Assembly: GCA_030390025.1 (NCBI GenBank)
Contig: CM059432.1
Span: 43,650,001 to 43,714,000, forward strand
DNA from: Squalus acanthias
Lineage: Eukaryota
Direction of reading: 5' to 3'
DNA: 64,000 nt
A model generated the notes under the pieces. That model was not told the origin of the DNA, searched no databases, and was given only the letters and a program-made list of their open reading frames with translations. The position numbers and the translations under genes are program-made. Below, one piece after another: positions 50,275 to 62,116 of the stretch. Position 1 is the first letter of the stretch. The number at the start of each line of letters is the position of its first letter.

Positions 50275-51975
50275 GGGGGGAGATCGGAAGGGTCGGGGAG
50301 GGAGATCAAAAGGTCGGGGGGGGGAGATCGGAAGGGTCGGGGGGGAGATCGGAAGGTCGGGGGTTGAGATCGGAAGGTCAGGGGGGGGGAGATCGGAAGG
50401 GTCGGGGGGGAAAACGGAAGGTCGGGGGGGGAGATCGGAAGGTCGGGGGTTGAGATCGGAAGGTCGGGGGGGGGGGGGGAGATCGGAAGGGTCGGGGGGG
50501 AAATCGGAAGGTCGGGGGGGAGATCGGAAGGTCGGGGGTTGAGATCGGAAGGTCGGGGGGGGAGATCGGAAGGGTCGGGGGGGAAATCGGAAGGTCGGGG
50601 GGGAGATCGGAAGGTCGGGGGGGGGGAGATCGGAAGGTCGGGGGTTGAGATCGGAAGGTGGGGGGGGAGATCGGAAGGGTTGGGGGGAAGATCGGAAGGT
50701 CGGAGGGGAGATCGGAAGGTTGGGGGGGGAGATCGGAAGGGTCGGGGGGGGAGATCGGAAGGTCAGGGGGGAGATCGGAAGGTCGGGGGGGAGGTCGGAA
50801 GGGTTGGGGGGAAGATCGGAAGGGTTGGGGGGAAGATCGGAAGGTTGGGGGGGAGATCGGAAGGGTCGGGGGGGGAGATCGGAAGGTCAGGGGGGAGATC
50901 GGAAGGTCGGGGGGGAGATCGGAAGGGTCGGGGGGGGAGATCGGAAGGGTCGGGGGGGGGAGATCGGAAGGTCGGGGGGGGAGGTCTGAAGGTCGGAGGG
51001 GGAGGTCGGAAGGGTTGGGGGGAAGATCGGAAGGTCGGGGGGAAGATCGGAAGGTCGGGGGGGAGATCGGAAGGTCGGGGGGGGAGATCGGAAGGGTCGG
51101 GGGGGGAGATCGGAAGTTCAGGGGGGAGATCGGAAGGTCGGGGGGGAGATCGGAAGGGTCGGGGGGGGAGGTCGGAAGGGTTGGGGGGAAGATCGGAAGG
51201 TCGGGGGGGAGATCGGAAGGTTGGGGGGGGAGATCGGAAGGGTCGGGGGGGAGATCGGAAGGGTCGGGGGGGAGATCGGAAGGGACGGGGGGGGAGATCG
51301 GAAGGGTCGGGGGGGAGATCGGAAGGTTGGTGGGGAGATCAGAAGGTCGGGGGGAGGTCGGAAGGGTTGGGGGGGAGATCGGAAGGTCGGGGGGGAGATC
51401 AGAAGGTCGGGGGGGGGAGGTCGGAAGGGTTGGGGGGGAGATCGGAAGGGTTGGGGGGAGATCGGGGGGGAGGTCGGAAGGATCGGGAGGGAGATCGGAA
51501 GGGTTGGGGGGAGATCGGGGGGGAGGTCGGAAGGGTCGGGAGGGAGATCGGAAGGGTTGGGTGAGATCGGAAGGTCGGGGGGGGAGGTCGGAAGATCGGG
51601 GGGAGATCGGAAGGGTTGGGGGGAGATCGGAAGGTCGGGGGGGGAGATCGGAAGGGTCGGGGGGGGAGATCGGAAGGTTGGGGGGGAGATCGGAAGGGTT
51701 GGGGGGGAGATCAGAAGGTCGGGGGGGGGAGGTAGGAAGGTCGGGGGGGAGATCAGAAGGTCGGGGGGGAGATCGGAAGGGTCGGGGGGGGAGATCGGAA
51801 GGTTGGGGGGGAGATCGGAAGGGTTGGGGGGGAGATCAGAAGGTCGGGGGGGGAGGTAGGAAGGTCGGGGGGGAGATCAGAAGGTCGGGGGGGAGATCGG
51901 AAGGTCGGGGGGGGAGATCGGAAGGTCGGGGGGGGGAGATCGGAAGGGTCGGGGGGGAGATCAGAAGGTCGGGGG
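50275..51975 (+). repeat. G-rich minisatellite block 2
   Basis: Same unit as block 1. Confidence 0.97.
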
Positions 51976-52212
51976 TGTAGGGGGTGGTGTTTTTGTGTCA
52001 GCTTTACCTCTGACTTCTGAGCGGTTCGAATCGCTCCCACTCCCTTGGTTCTAGACCTTGGACTTATTTGGGGGTTGTGATACAAAAGGTGCAGTAGACA
52101 ATTGAGTTTGATGAAAGAACTTCAATCTTTATTAAAAGGTAAGACACAAATAACAACACTCTTATCACATTAAAGGTGGGGAACACTTTGGTACAAGCGA
52201 GGGAAATGACAG
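51976..52212 (-). repeat. Partial second copy of the LTR end (237 bp)
   Basis: Matches 48607-48843 with three substitutions seen by eye. Confidence 0.95.
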
Positions 52213-53282
52213 GAGATCGGAAGGGTCGGGGGGGGGAGATCGGAAGGGTCGGGGGGGGAGATCGGAAGGGTTGGGGGGAGATCGGGGGGGAGGTCGGAAG
52301 GGTCAGGAGGGAGATCGGAAGGGTTGGATGAGATCGGAAGGTCGGGGGGGGAGGTCGGAAGATCGGGGGGAGATCGGAAGGGTTGGGGGGAGATCGGAAG
52401 GTCGGGGGGGGAGATCGGAAGGGTCGGGGGGGGAGATCGGAATGTCGGCGGGGGGGAGATCGGAAGGGTCGGGGGGGGAGATCGGAAGGGTCGAGGGGGG
52501 GGAGATCGGAAGGGTCGGGGGGGAGATCGGAAGGGTCGGGATGGGAGATCGGAAGGGTCGGGGGGGAAGATCGGAAGGTCGGGGGGGGGAGATCGGAATG
52601 TCGGGGGGGGAGATCGGAAGGTCGGGAGGGAGATCGGAAGGGTTGGGGGGAGATCGGAAGGTCGGTGGGGGGGAGATCGGAAGGTCGGTGGGGGGGAGAT
52701 CGGAAGGGTCAGGGGGAGATCGGAAGGTCGGGGGTGGATCGGAAGGGTCGGGGGGAGATCGGAAGGGTCGGGGGGGAGATCGGAAGGGTCGGGGGGAGAT
52801 CGGAAGGGTCGGGGGGGAGATCGGAAGGGTCGGGGGGAGATCGGAAGGGTCGGGGGGGGAGATCGGAAGGGTCGGGGGGGGAGATCGGAAGGGTCGGGGG
52901 GAGATCGGAAGGGTCGGGGGGGGAGATCGGAAGGTTCGGGGGGGGAGATCGGAAGGGTCGGGGGGGGAGATCGGAAGGGTCGGGGGGGGAGATCAGAAGG
53001 GTCGGAGGGCGATCGGAAGGGACGGGGGGGAGATCGGAAGGGTCGGGGGGAGAGATCGGAAGGGTCGGAGGGCGATCGGAAGGGACGGGGGGGAGATCGG
53101 AAGGGTCGGGGGGAGATCGGAAGGGTCGGGGGGGGAGAACGGAAGGGTCGGGGGGGGAGATCGGAAGGGTCGGGCGGAGATCGGAAGGTCAGGGGGGGAG
53201 ATCGGAAGGTCAGGGGGGGGAGATCGGAAGATCGGGGGGGAGATCGGAATGTCGGCGGGGGGGAGATCGGAAGGTCGGCGGG
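52213..53282 (+). repeat. G-rich minisatellite block 3
   Basis: Same unit as block 1. Confidence 0.97.
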
Positions 53283-53703
53283 GGTGGGGGCTCTCCGATT
53301 GTGCGGTGTTGGTGAAGTAGGTAAACTGGATCCAGCAGGTAAGTGGAAAGGCACTTACTTCCTGGATCCAGCAGTCCTCACCTCCCTTTGGCCACCGGAT
53401 TTCCCAAGGTTAAATTTAAAATGGTGCTTAACGCAGCCTCATTATAATTTTTTAATTTCCAACCCTCCTCCTGGGAGCAGGTTGGTTGGCCCACGCCCCG
53501 CTGCACGCCGCCCCCCTCCCGCCACCCCACCTCCGTTAAAACCAGAAGGGGGCGTGTTGGAGTCGGGATTCAGATTTTTTACATTTTAACATTCCACTCG
53601 ACCCTAACCCGCCGGTTTTTGGGGGTTATAATTCCCCCTGATGTTCCCTACCCACACATGTTTAGCTTACTTTAAAGTAATATTAAGGGCTTATCTTATC
53701 CAT

Positions 53704-53891
53704 ACCTTCATCGTCGCTGGGTCAAAATCCTGGAACTCCCTACCTAACAGCACTGTGGGAGTACCTTCACCACATGGACTGCAGCGGTTCAAGAAGGCAG
53801 CACACCATCACCTTCTCAAGGGCAACTAGGGATGGGCAATAAATGCTGGCCTTGCCAGCGACGCCCAGATCCCATAAGCGAATAAAAAAAA
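53704..53891 (+). mobile_element. LINE 3' fragment (third family)
   Basis: FIVAGSKSWNSLP...RFKKAAHHHLLKGN*; ends in GAATAAAAAAA. Confidence 0.85.
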
Positions 53892-54679
53892 TGTTTTATA
53901 TATCATATACCTTGATAAAATATATCGTTTCCATTTTATATAGGGTGATATGCAGTTTATGTTTAGTTTTTGTAACAGGAGAGGTCATCAGTATGGATGT
54001 CAACTACTAGTAAAGCCATTTTATTAATGTGCAATGATATTCATGTAAGAAGACTAATAACTGTGACATCAGAATTGTACATTCCCATAAAATAATCTCA
54101 CACAGGCTTCTGGGAAATTTTATGTTCAGTCTATATTTTGTATATGTATATATTCACAATCATTGATCACTAGACTACAGTGAACGGAGGTTGCATTTAT
54201 AAAGTGCATTGTCATGTTGTCAGCATATACTGTAGCAGGTGTGCACTAGGCACATGTGGGCGCACATGTAGAAAGGGAGCTGGGGAGATTCTGAGGTCTT
54301 AGAGCCAGTAGGAACCTTAAAAGGGAAGGCAATTAAAGCCCCAGGAAAAGGATCTCAAATATATTAATTTTCTGGTGCATTGAACAGAAAACCTTAAAAG
54401 TTCCAGCAGCAGATGACTTTTAGAGAGTGCTGAAATTATTTATAGGTAGCCCCAAGTTGATATTTTCAGTTCTGTGGTCTTCTCCTTCAGTGAAATGAGA
54501 TGTCCCCTGCTAATGTATGCATGCTGCTGTACCATGGGAAGGTTGGCAGCAGCAACCCAAGCAGGAATCTGGGCTCTCCAGCACTCTGGAAGGTGTTAGT
54601 GAAAGTGCAGCACCGAGCAAAAATTAACACTCGCACACACGCGTACAGATGTCTTTAAATGAATTTTCCAACTGGACTT

Positions 54680-54860
54680 CTGTCTCGATGGCCAAATTAT
54701 GGAAACAGCAGCAGACAATGATGATACACCAAACCTTGACTGGAGAGTGGTGAAGTGCACCCCAGAATAGTCAAGGCAGCTGTAAGATTCAGTTAATGGC
54801 CCTAGTTGTAGAATAGGCTTCAAAATAGCAACATTCAACTGCTGTATTAATAATCTGAAG
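54680..54860 (-). pseudogene. Old Harbinger transposase remnant
   Basis: CLDYSGV (compare CLDRSGG) and CIIIVCCCFHNLAIE (compare IVVCCMLHNLAI) in adjacent frames. Confidence 0.6.
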
Positions 54861-56039
54861 GACGTCATCTACCAGGTTGTGAGGGGATACCTCTGATTCC
54901 CTTGGAACCAGCACTTCCAACAGAGGGATCGTCAAAGACACCAGGAAGCATAGAGTGCCTCAAAATGAACAAATTATGCGCTGTCATGGGATATCTTACA
55001 TTCAGCTGCATGATCCGATTGTGACGGTCATAAGCTATCTGGGCATTGATAGACTAGAATCCCATTCAATTCATGGATAGGGCACATCTCCTGGAGAAGC
55101 TCTGAGGGCCACATGGGTTCCATTCACTACTTCCTGAACTCTGAGAAGATCTGCTATCTGGGGAAAAAAAACAAGGGCTCTAGCCTGCTGCTGTTAAAGG
55201 CTTGAAGGAAAGCTGATGTATTGCCCTGCCCCCATGGCATTTGTGGTCTGGATTATGCAATGTAGACTGGCTTATGTTGCTCTGATCACCCGCCACACCC
55301 TACTCCAAAGAGTTTGATTGAGGATCACTGTGACTTTGACTTCCACAGATGGAGCAATGAATGTGGTTAAAGGTCTTTATATTGCTGGTTACGCAGTTGC
55401 CTCATCTCAGGCAAAGTAGGCACCAATCTTGGGTTAGGTCCTCAGCACTTCATTTGTCCAGGGCATGGATTTGGATGAATGGGGGCCCTCCTCCTTCTCT
55501 GGTGGCTTATATCTCTGTATTTATTTCAGCTTCTGCCTCTTCTACCTTCTCCTCCCCCAGGTATGCTAAATATAAGGGCATTTCATTGTTTCCACCAGGC
55601 GGTTTAAAATATAAATTAAACAGCCTCCCTCAGTACTAGAATCATTATGAAGCCCTTACAAACACTTGCATTACAAAGCAATTTACCAAAGTTCCAGCAC
55701 TTCTGTCTAGCAGCCTTTCCTTTAACATAGCTAGCACCTATATGCCATCACAGGAAGCAATAGCACTAGGTTTTTATGGGGACAATTTGCACCTGATCTG
55801 CACTGGTGCTATTAGAGGAAATCTATGTGCAAAGCTATCTGATAGTCATTTGCATATAATTTACATTTCTACACGCGCTTCAAGTGCAATCAGCTGCAGA
55901 AACCAGAAAAGCCATAGAGGTAGCTTGTGTGCAGTGCTGTTCAGGTGTAAGAGGGAAACAAAGGATTAGCACCCATTTCCCTCCGCATTGCACACATTTT
56001 TGGGTGCAATTGGGAGCTGAGCAGAGGAAAATCAGCCCT

Positions 56040-56178
56040 TCCACTACAATAATACAGCACGCATCCATTACTGCACTGAAGTTTCAGCCTAGATCATGTA
56101 CTTAAATCCATAGGGCGAAATTGAACCCACAACTTTCTAAATGATAGGCGTGAGTGCTACCAACTGAGCTAAGCTGAC
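56040..56178 (-). mobile_element. tRNA-derived SINE remnant
   Basis: Minus strand GTCAGCTTAGCTCAGTTGGTAGCAC (A box) and GTGGGTTCAAT (B box); no complete cloverleaf. Confidence 0.6.
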
Positions 56179-57464
56179 AGGTTTTACTGTAGAAATATAC
56201 TATAGTCCACGAATGCCAAGCTGCATCAATAAGGAATCATTAAGATGACTCAATATATTGTACACCAAACCATACACAATTTCACCAATGGATAAGGGGA
56301 CTAAATAAAGAAGTCTTCTCCTGTCTGGAACTGTTACCATGTTGTTATAGATATACACTATGCCAAATTAAATTAATAACTTTTTATTATCTTTGTTCAG
56401 GTCCCAGTTTTAATTAGCAAAGCAATAAAACAAATGTATTCAGAGCAACAAGTGAAGATTTAGAAGAGTTTTTAATATGGGGTCGATTTTAACTTCCCGG
56501 GGTGGAAAAGAAGTGGATCGTTTGACACCACACCTGATTTTCCTTTCCATTGACTTTGCGCATGTTTTCACTGGTGATAGGCAGCATCCTCATTGGTGGG
56601 CGTTAGTTCTGCCTTTGAAAGCAAATATTTAAAGGGAGAATGTGCATCTTAAATAGAGTGAGGTTGATTTTCTGCTTTGGGCGCAATCGGCGATCCGGGT
56701 GCATATTGTGCCCAAAATTGTGCTAGTTTTGAGAAGTTTTTTTTTCTCTCGAGTTTCTGCTCAAACTCATTTGCATATCGCCAAACATAACATCTGCCAT
56801 GAACCAGCACAATCGGGCAGCTTTTCAGAACGTTTTATTTTTAAATTTACTTTAAAAAATATTCCTTGATATATTTAGGAGTGATAACTTGGTGCAATCT
56901 GATTAGTACAGCTGAAAATGGGTTTATCACAAAAAATAAGTATTTTAATCAGAGTGTCTCGTCTACCATCTGTGAGTAACCTGATTTTAAATAACTGAAC
57001 ATAACTTTTAAAAACTACACAGAAGCATTTGCAGGTTATACAGTTTCGTAGTAAATTAAAAAGATACATATATATTCAAAAGCTTTCAAAACGTGCCTAT
57101 TAGTGTCCTTGTGCCTAAAAAAAGCGTAATTTTTAGAGCCTCCTCGAAGGCCCGCAAACAAGCGCAATTAGCAGAAACTGGCCATGGTGATTAATTTGCT
57201 TTGGAAGCGTGGCCAGTTTTGTGGGGGTGGCCAGTTTTGTGGGCGTGGCCAGCTTCTAACACGATGGTTTTTAAACTAACGCAAAAGATCGCGGAAACTC
57301 GAGTTGCGCTGAACATCATTTGTGATTAAAATTATGCGATCTTTTGCACTGGTTTCGCCATTAAAAACACACAACTGAGCGTAAACTCCAGGCCAATGTT
57401 CTTTCACCCAGAGCAAATTGTGACTGGTGCAGGGATTTTTCAAGGCAACACAGAATGTCGACAC

Positions 57465-57690
57465 AGAGCCCCTAGGTTCAGCGATACAGTGGTGGTGGTC
57501 CTGGTGGAGCTGGTAGCTGGTGAGGACATGCAGGCAAGTCCTCTTCCCTTCGGATGCCGCCAGAGTCCCTAAATTAATTCAACAGCAAGCCTGGAGGGAG
57601 GTGACTGAAGTAGTAAAGGCCCGGAGCATCATCCCAATGACATGGGTTCAATGCCCTAACAGGTTCAACGACCTGACCAGGGCATCACAG
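57465..57690 (+). pseudogene. Myb/SANT exon remnant
   Basis: RAPRFSD, then after a frameshift RQVLFPSD...QQAWREVTEVV...TWVQCPNRFNDLTR. Confidence 0.75.
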
Positions 57691-57960
57691 GAGTTCAGAC
57701 TGGTGCCATATTGGCTCTGGGCACCTCAGTCACCAAAGGATTCGAAAAGCTGGTGGAACACATAGATATTGGTTTCCAAAGCATTTCTGATCTGCTACGG
57801 TGTGCTCTCTTGCAGATCACTTGGACTGATGAGTCGTAGGCCTGTGGGAGTGGCACAAGTTGCTCTCAGAATAACAGCACCCTCACCAAGCACTCAAGTA
57901 AGGCCCACCATGGTGCAAGGAAATCAGCTGTTCCTATTGAACAGCAAAGTTCTGGAGGAC

Positions 57961-58065
57961 ACATAGAAATATAGAAAAATAGGAGCAGGAGTAGGCCATT
58001 CGGCCCTTTGAGCCTGCTTCGCCATTCAATATGATCATGGCTGATCCTCTATCTCAATACCATAT
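57961..58065 (-). mobile_element. CR1 3' tail fragment
   Basis: CATAGAAA-type tail plus AGGAGCAGGAGTAGGCCATTCGGCCC. Confidence 0.8.
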
Positions 58066-58923
58066 ACCATACACAACAATCCAGGGCACTCTTTGTGGAC
58101 TGTTTTGCAGGAAGCCCCAGATCTGTCAAGACACCAAAAGCATTGCTTCAGCACACCAATTGTCTGCTCTATAATATCTCATGTGCTGCCATGGCTCACC
58201 TTATATCAGTGTTCAGCTGGGGTTCGAATGTTCCGCAGTGATGTCATCAGCCTTGTCCCCCAGTAGCCAGCCGCTGACCTGCTTATCTTGGCCAAACAGT
58301 GAGAGGATGGTGGACCCGCACAGTATATAAGCATCATGTCAGCTGAAGCGGAACTGGGCACGCACCTTTTTTGTTATTCATTCATGGGATGTGGGCATTG
58401 TTGGCAAAGCCAGCATTTATTTCCCATCGGTAATTGCCCTTGAGAAGGAGGTGGTCAGCTTCCTTCTTGAACCGCTGCAGTCCGTGTGGTGAAGGTACTC
58501 CCTGCTGTCAGGGAGGGAGTTCCAGGATTTTGACCCAGCGACGATGAAGGAACAGCAATATATTTCCAAGTCAGGATGGTGTGTGACTTAGAGGGGAACT
58601 TGGAGGTGGTGGTGTTCCCATGCGCCTGCTGCCCTTGTCCTTCTAGGTGGTAGATGTCATGAGTTTTGTAGGTGCTGTTGAAGAAGCCTTGGCGAGTTGC
58701 TGCAGTGCATCTTGTAGGTTGTACATACTGCAGCCACGGTGCACCAGTGGTGCAGGGAGTGAATGTTTAAGGTGGTGGATGGGGTGCCAATCAAACGGGC
58801 TAACATTGGAACATAAGAACATAAGAATTAGGCCATGATGCGGAGATGCTGGTGTTGGACTGGGGTGGACAAAAATGAGAAGTCGCACAACACCAGGTTA
58901 TAGTCCAACAGTTTTATTTGAAA

Positions 58924-58960
58924 TTACGAGCTTTCGGAGCGCTGCTCCTTCATCAGGTAA
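58924..58960 (-). ncRNA. Minimal type I hammerhead ribozyme
   Basis: UUAC-CUGAUGA-A-GGAGC-AGC-GCUCC-GAAA-GC-UC^GUAA: core intact, 5-bp helix II, palindromic AGCU helix III, 4-bp helix I. Confidence 0.75.
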
Positions 58961-59449
58961 AGTGAGGGAATACAAATACAAATCAGATACAAAGCATATA
59001 TAGACAGAGAACAATGTGTCTGCAGAGATACAATCAGTCAGGAAGGAATTACATCAAAGACACAGCAGAATACAGCTAAGATAATGAGGTGGGGTTACAG
59101 GGGGTCCTGACAACGCAACGCAAAATCATTGAGCAGAAACTGATAGCCAAGTACCGCACCCATGAGGACGGCCTCAACCGGGATCTCGGTTTCATGTCAC
59201 ACTACAGGACGTAGAGTCTAGAGTCGTCGTTGTCTTGTTCACAGATGTGATTTCCAGTTTTAAAAAAAGTAAAAAGCTTAACTGCAGACTGCAGCATTTG
59301 ACACGTTGGACCCCCTGTAACCCCACCTCATTGTCTTAGCTGTACTCTGCTGTGTCTTTGATGTAATTCCTTCCTGACGGATTGTATCTCTGCAGACACA
59401 TTGTTCTCTGTCTATATATACTTTGTAATCGACTTGTATTCCCTCACTG

Positions 59450-59484
59450 TACCTGACGAAGGAGCAGAGCTCCGAAAGCTCGTA
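59450..59484 (+). ncRNA. Minimal type I hammerhead ribozyme
   Basis: UAC-CUGACGA-A-GGAGC-AGA-GCUCC-GAAA-GC-UC^GUA; predicted cleavage after 59481. Confidence 0.75.
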
Positions 59485-61997
59485 ATTTCAAATAAAACTG
59501 TTGGACTATAACCTGGTGTTGTGCGACTTCTCATAAGAATTAGGAGCAGGAGTAGGCCATACAGCCCCTTGAGCCTGCTCCATCATGCAATAAGATCATG
59601 GCTGATTTTCGTCCTCAACTCCACTTTCCAGCCCTATCCCCATATCCCTTGATTCCTCTAGAGTCCAAAAATCTATCTATCTCAGCCTTGAATATACTCA
59701 ACGACTAAGCATCCACAGCCCTTTGGGGCAGAGAATTCCAAAGATTCACAGCCCTCTGAGTGAAGAAATTCCTCCTCATCTCGGTCTGCTTTGTCCTGGA
59801 TGGTGTCAAGCTTTTTGAGTGTTGTTGGAGCTGCACCCATCACACACCTGACTTGTGCCTTGTAGATGGTGGAAATGCTTTGGGGAGTCAGGAGGTGAGT
59901 CACTCGCTGCAGAATACCCAGCCTCTGATCTGCTCTTGTAGCCACAGTATTTATGTGGCTGGTCCAATTAAGTTTCTGGTCAATGGTGACGCCCAGGAAG
60001 TTGATGGTGGGGGATTCGACGATGATAATGCCATTGAATGTCAAGGGGAGGTGATTAGACTTTCTCTTTTTGGAGATGGTCATTTGCCTGGCACTTGTGT
60101 GGCACGAATATTACTTGTCACTTATCAGCCCAAACCTGAGTATTGTCTAGGCCTTGCTGCATTCGGGCATGGACTGCTTCATTATCTGAGGAGTTGCGAA
60201 TGGAACTGAACACTGCAATCATCAGCATCATTCTGTGCCGGTGATCGCACGCCATCCATACGTTAAGAGAGTGGTACCCTCTTCTGTTAAGGAATACAGT
60301 TGGCTCTTGTGGAGGTGCTCTGATGGGGATATGCATACAGTTAATGGCTGCCCGTACTTGCAGGAACCCTGCAATGGCAGCAAACCATGCAGCTCTTTCC
60401 TGTTGGTTAGAGCCGCCCATGGGGAATTTAATGTAATCATTTGCAATACCAAAAAGGAAGTCTGCAACCTGCTTAATGCAGTCATGAGCTGCAGATTGAC
60501 TGATGTGACACATGTCCCGGCTGCAGTTTGAAAAGAACCTGAAGCCTAAAAATGAAAAAGCCACAGTTGTCATATGCCTTCATAGTCACAGGCAAGGAAT
60601 GGCCAGGTGAAAGAGTTAGCTGCAGGTCTTCTTGTAGGAAGCTGCACAGCTCTGTGACTGCTTGTCTGGAGAACCACAGCCTCCTGACACACTGCTGCTC
60701 TGAAAGCTGCAAGTAACTAACTTGGGGTCTCTGTACCCTATGTGCAGGGTAGGGATGCCTGCGAGTTAACTCGCTCCTCTGTGCTGCCCTCACTAGTCCT
60801 ACAGCAACTCCTTGAGGTTTCCCTTGCTGCGACTGCCGCTGCTCTCACTCATCTTCCTTCTCATCTGCCCACAGTTGAGTGGCCAGAATGACTCCTACTG
60901 TCAAAAGTTCCCAATCCCTCCCTGATGTTACTGAAGGAATTCTGGAAGAATGTAGTCGTTTAGTATTCCAATTAACACTTCCAACCCTCAAAATAGGCAA
61001 CAAAACAGATTTCAGGAAGATTTCTGACATCTGACACTTTGCAGGTAAGTGCCCCTTTATGTATCTCTCCCAATTGCCATTTTCTACCAGTATTACTGGC
61101 GGGTTCACCACTTAGCGGTACGTTCAGCTGGATCACTCAAAATAGCATTGGGGTGCTATTTATGTCATAGGACCCAATTTAAAAACCTAAATGAAGCTCA
61201 TGAAGGACCTGAAAAAGATGGTTTCCATTGGATTGGGAGCGGGAATGGGGCAGTAAGTTTTTCTCCATGATTTTCAGGGTGCTACCACCCCGTTTCCACC
61301 CAGTGGAGCCAGTTAAAATATAACCCTATCAATAGCTAAACAAGATCCACGAGAAGCAAATATTAACATGTCAATTTTACAATTTTAGCTCATAAACAAT
61401 TGAAAGTTCATTACATTTCTAAATGGAAAGAAATATTACTCAGTTTCTGCTTAATGCCCGAAGTGAAGCTACATGGTTTATTCCAAATGTGTTTTTTTTT
61501 AATTAATTCTATAAATTAAGTGTTCACAGTGACATACATTTTGATTTTGTGTCATGCTCTGTATGTGCATTACTGAAGTGGCATCTCACTTTTTAGATGC
61601 CACAAATTGATGCTATTAATCCTGCTACTGCTTTGAAAAGTCAATGCAGATACGTAATTAGTTGTTAAGCTGAACTTGTAGCTGATGCTCCACGTCATTC
61701 ATCATAAAAATTCACTTTAGTCAAAGAAAAGTAAAACCATTTCAGACCCATTAACAGCTGACCTCACAGGTTACAGAGGCAGTACTGGGGATTATTGCAT
61801 ATCTCGAATGCTTCTATTATATTTGACAATGCTAAGGAACAATCTTCTCAACATATGGAAAAAGCGAATTATTTTAAATGGATTCCTTTCTTTTCCTTTG
61901 CGCCTAAAGTAATTATTGCATTTTTGTATCGCAAAATTATAAAGTTGGAAATAAATAAAATAGTAATGTCTTAACACGGTAATTTTTACTGGGGTTA

Positions 61998-62116
61998 TAT
62001 CTCCTTATGTGGCTCGGTTTCAAATTTTCCTTGATAACGCTCCTGCGACGCGCCATGGGACGTTTTACTACATTAAAGGCGCTCTATAAATGTAAATAGT
62101 TGTTGTTGTTGTTGTT
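61998..62116 (+). mobile_element. L2 3' end with (TTG)n tail
   Basis: Reverse complement of the L2 ends at 18796 and 21842. Confidence 0.85.

Larger units (their letters stand above)
46113..53638. mobile_element. Probable non-autonomous Harbinger-like element whose interior expanded into a minisatellite
   Basis: Left end GGGCTGGATATTAAACC after TAT resembles other TIRs in the window; right end GGTTATAATTCCCCC is degenerate; GC-rich arms at 46113-46590 and 53280-53638. Confidence 0.55.
58833..59531 (+). mobile_element. Penelope-like retroelement: inverted pLTR, GIY-YIG C-terminus, pLTR
   Basis: ~230-bp inverted arms at 58875-59107 and 59308-59534; spacer encodes QRKIIEQKLIAKYRTHEDGLNRDLGFMSHY; direct repeat CATAAGAATTAGG at 58820-58832 and 59532-59544. 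Confidence 0.88.
58808..59783 (-). mobile_element. CR1 3' fragment inserted in the LINE
   Basis: (CATAAGAA)n tail; AGGAGCAGGAGTAGGCCAT; GAAGAAATTCCTCCTCATCTC; the host LINE resumes at ~59785. Confidence 0.85.
58367..60221 (-). mobile_element. 5'-truncated LINE (third family) inserted in the transposase
   Basis: Colinear with 41675-42570; ORF 59682..60083 (LGVTIDQKLNWTSHI). Confidence 0.88.
58075..60900 (-). pseudogene. Harbinger DDE transposase, split by a LINE at 58367-60221
   Basis: YLQLSEQQCVRRLWFSR, AAINCMH (catalytic D>N), NRRGYHSLNV; after the insertion, GWLLGDK and IIEQTIGVLKQCFWCLDRSG. Confidence 0.85.
56479..61326. mobile_element. Harbinger transposon with both genes represented (degraded), host of a triple nested insertion
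   Basis: TIR GGGGTCGATTTTAACT / AGTTAAAATATAACCC (13/16); TSD TAT on both sides; Myb (+) and transposase (-) convergent. Confidence 0.82.

Noticed and set aside
48607..52212. Complete two-LTR retroelement with the satellite as its internal region
   Set aside because: The second copy is truncated, shares the first copy's upstream flank, and no PBS, PPT or gag-pol lies between them.
46598..53282. CRISPR-like array
   Set aside because: No unique spacers, no cas genes, eukaryotic context.
46329..53589. Long Gly/Arg-rich (+) and Pro-rich (-) ORFs up to 447 aa
   Set aside because: Open in several frames at once because the satellite unit lacks stop codons; variable G-runs shift frame constantly.
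56113..56178. tRNA gene
   Set aside because: A and B boxes are present but acceptor and anticodon stems cannot be formed; it fits a SINE head.
57210..57255. GTGGCCAGTTTTGTGGG x3
   Set aside because: Short internal repeat of the Harbinger left arm; too little evidence for a separate call.
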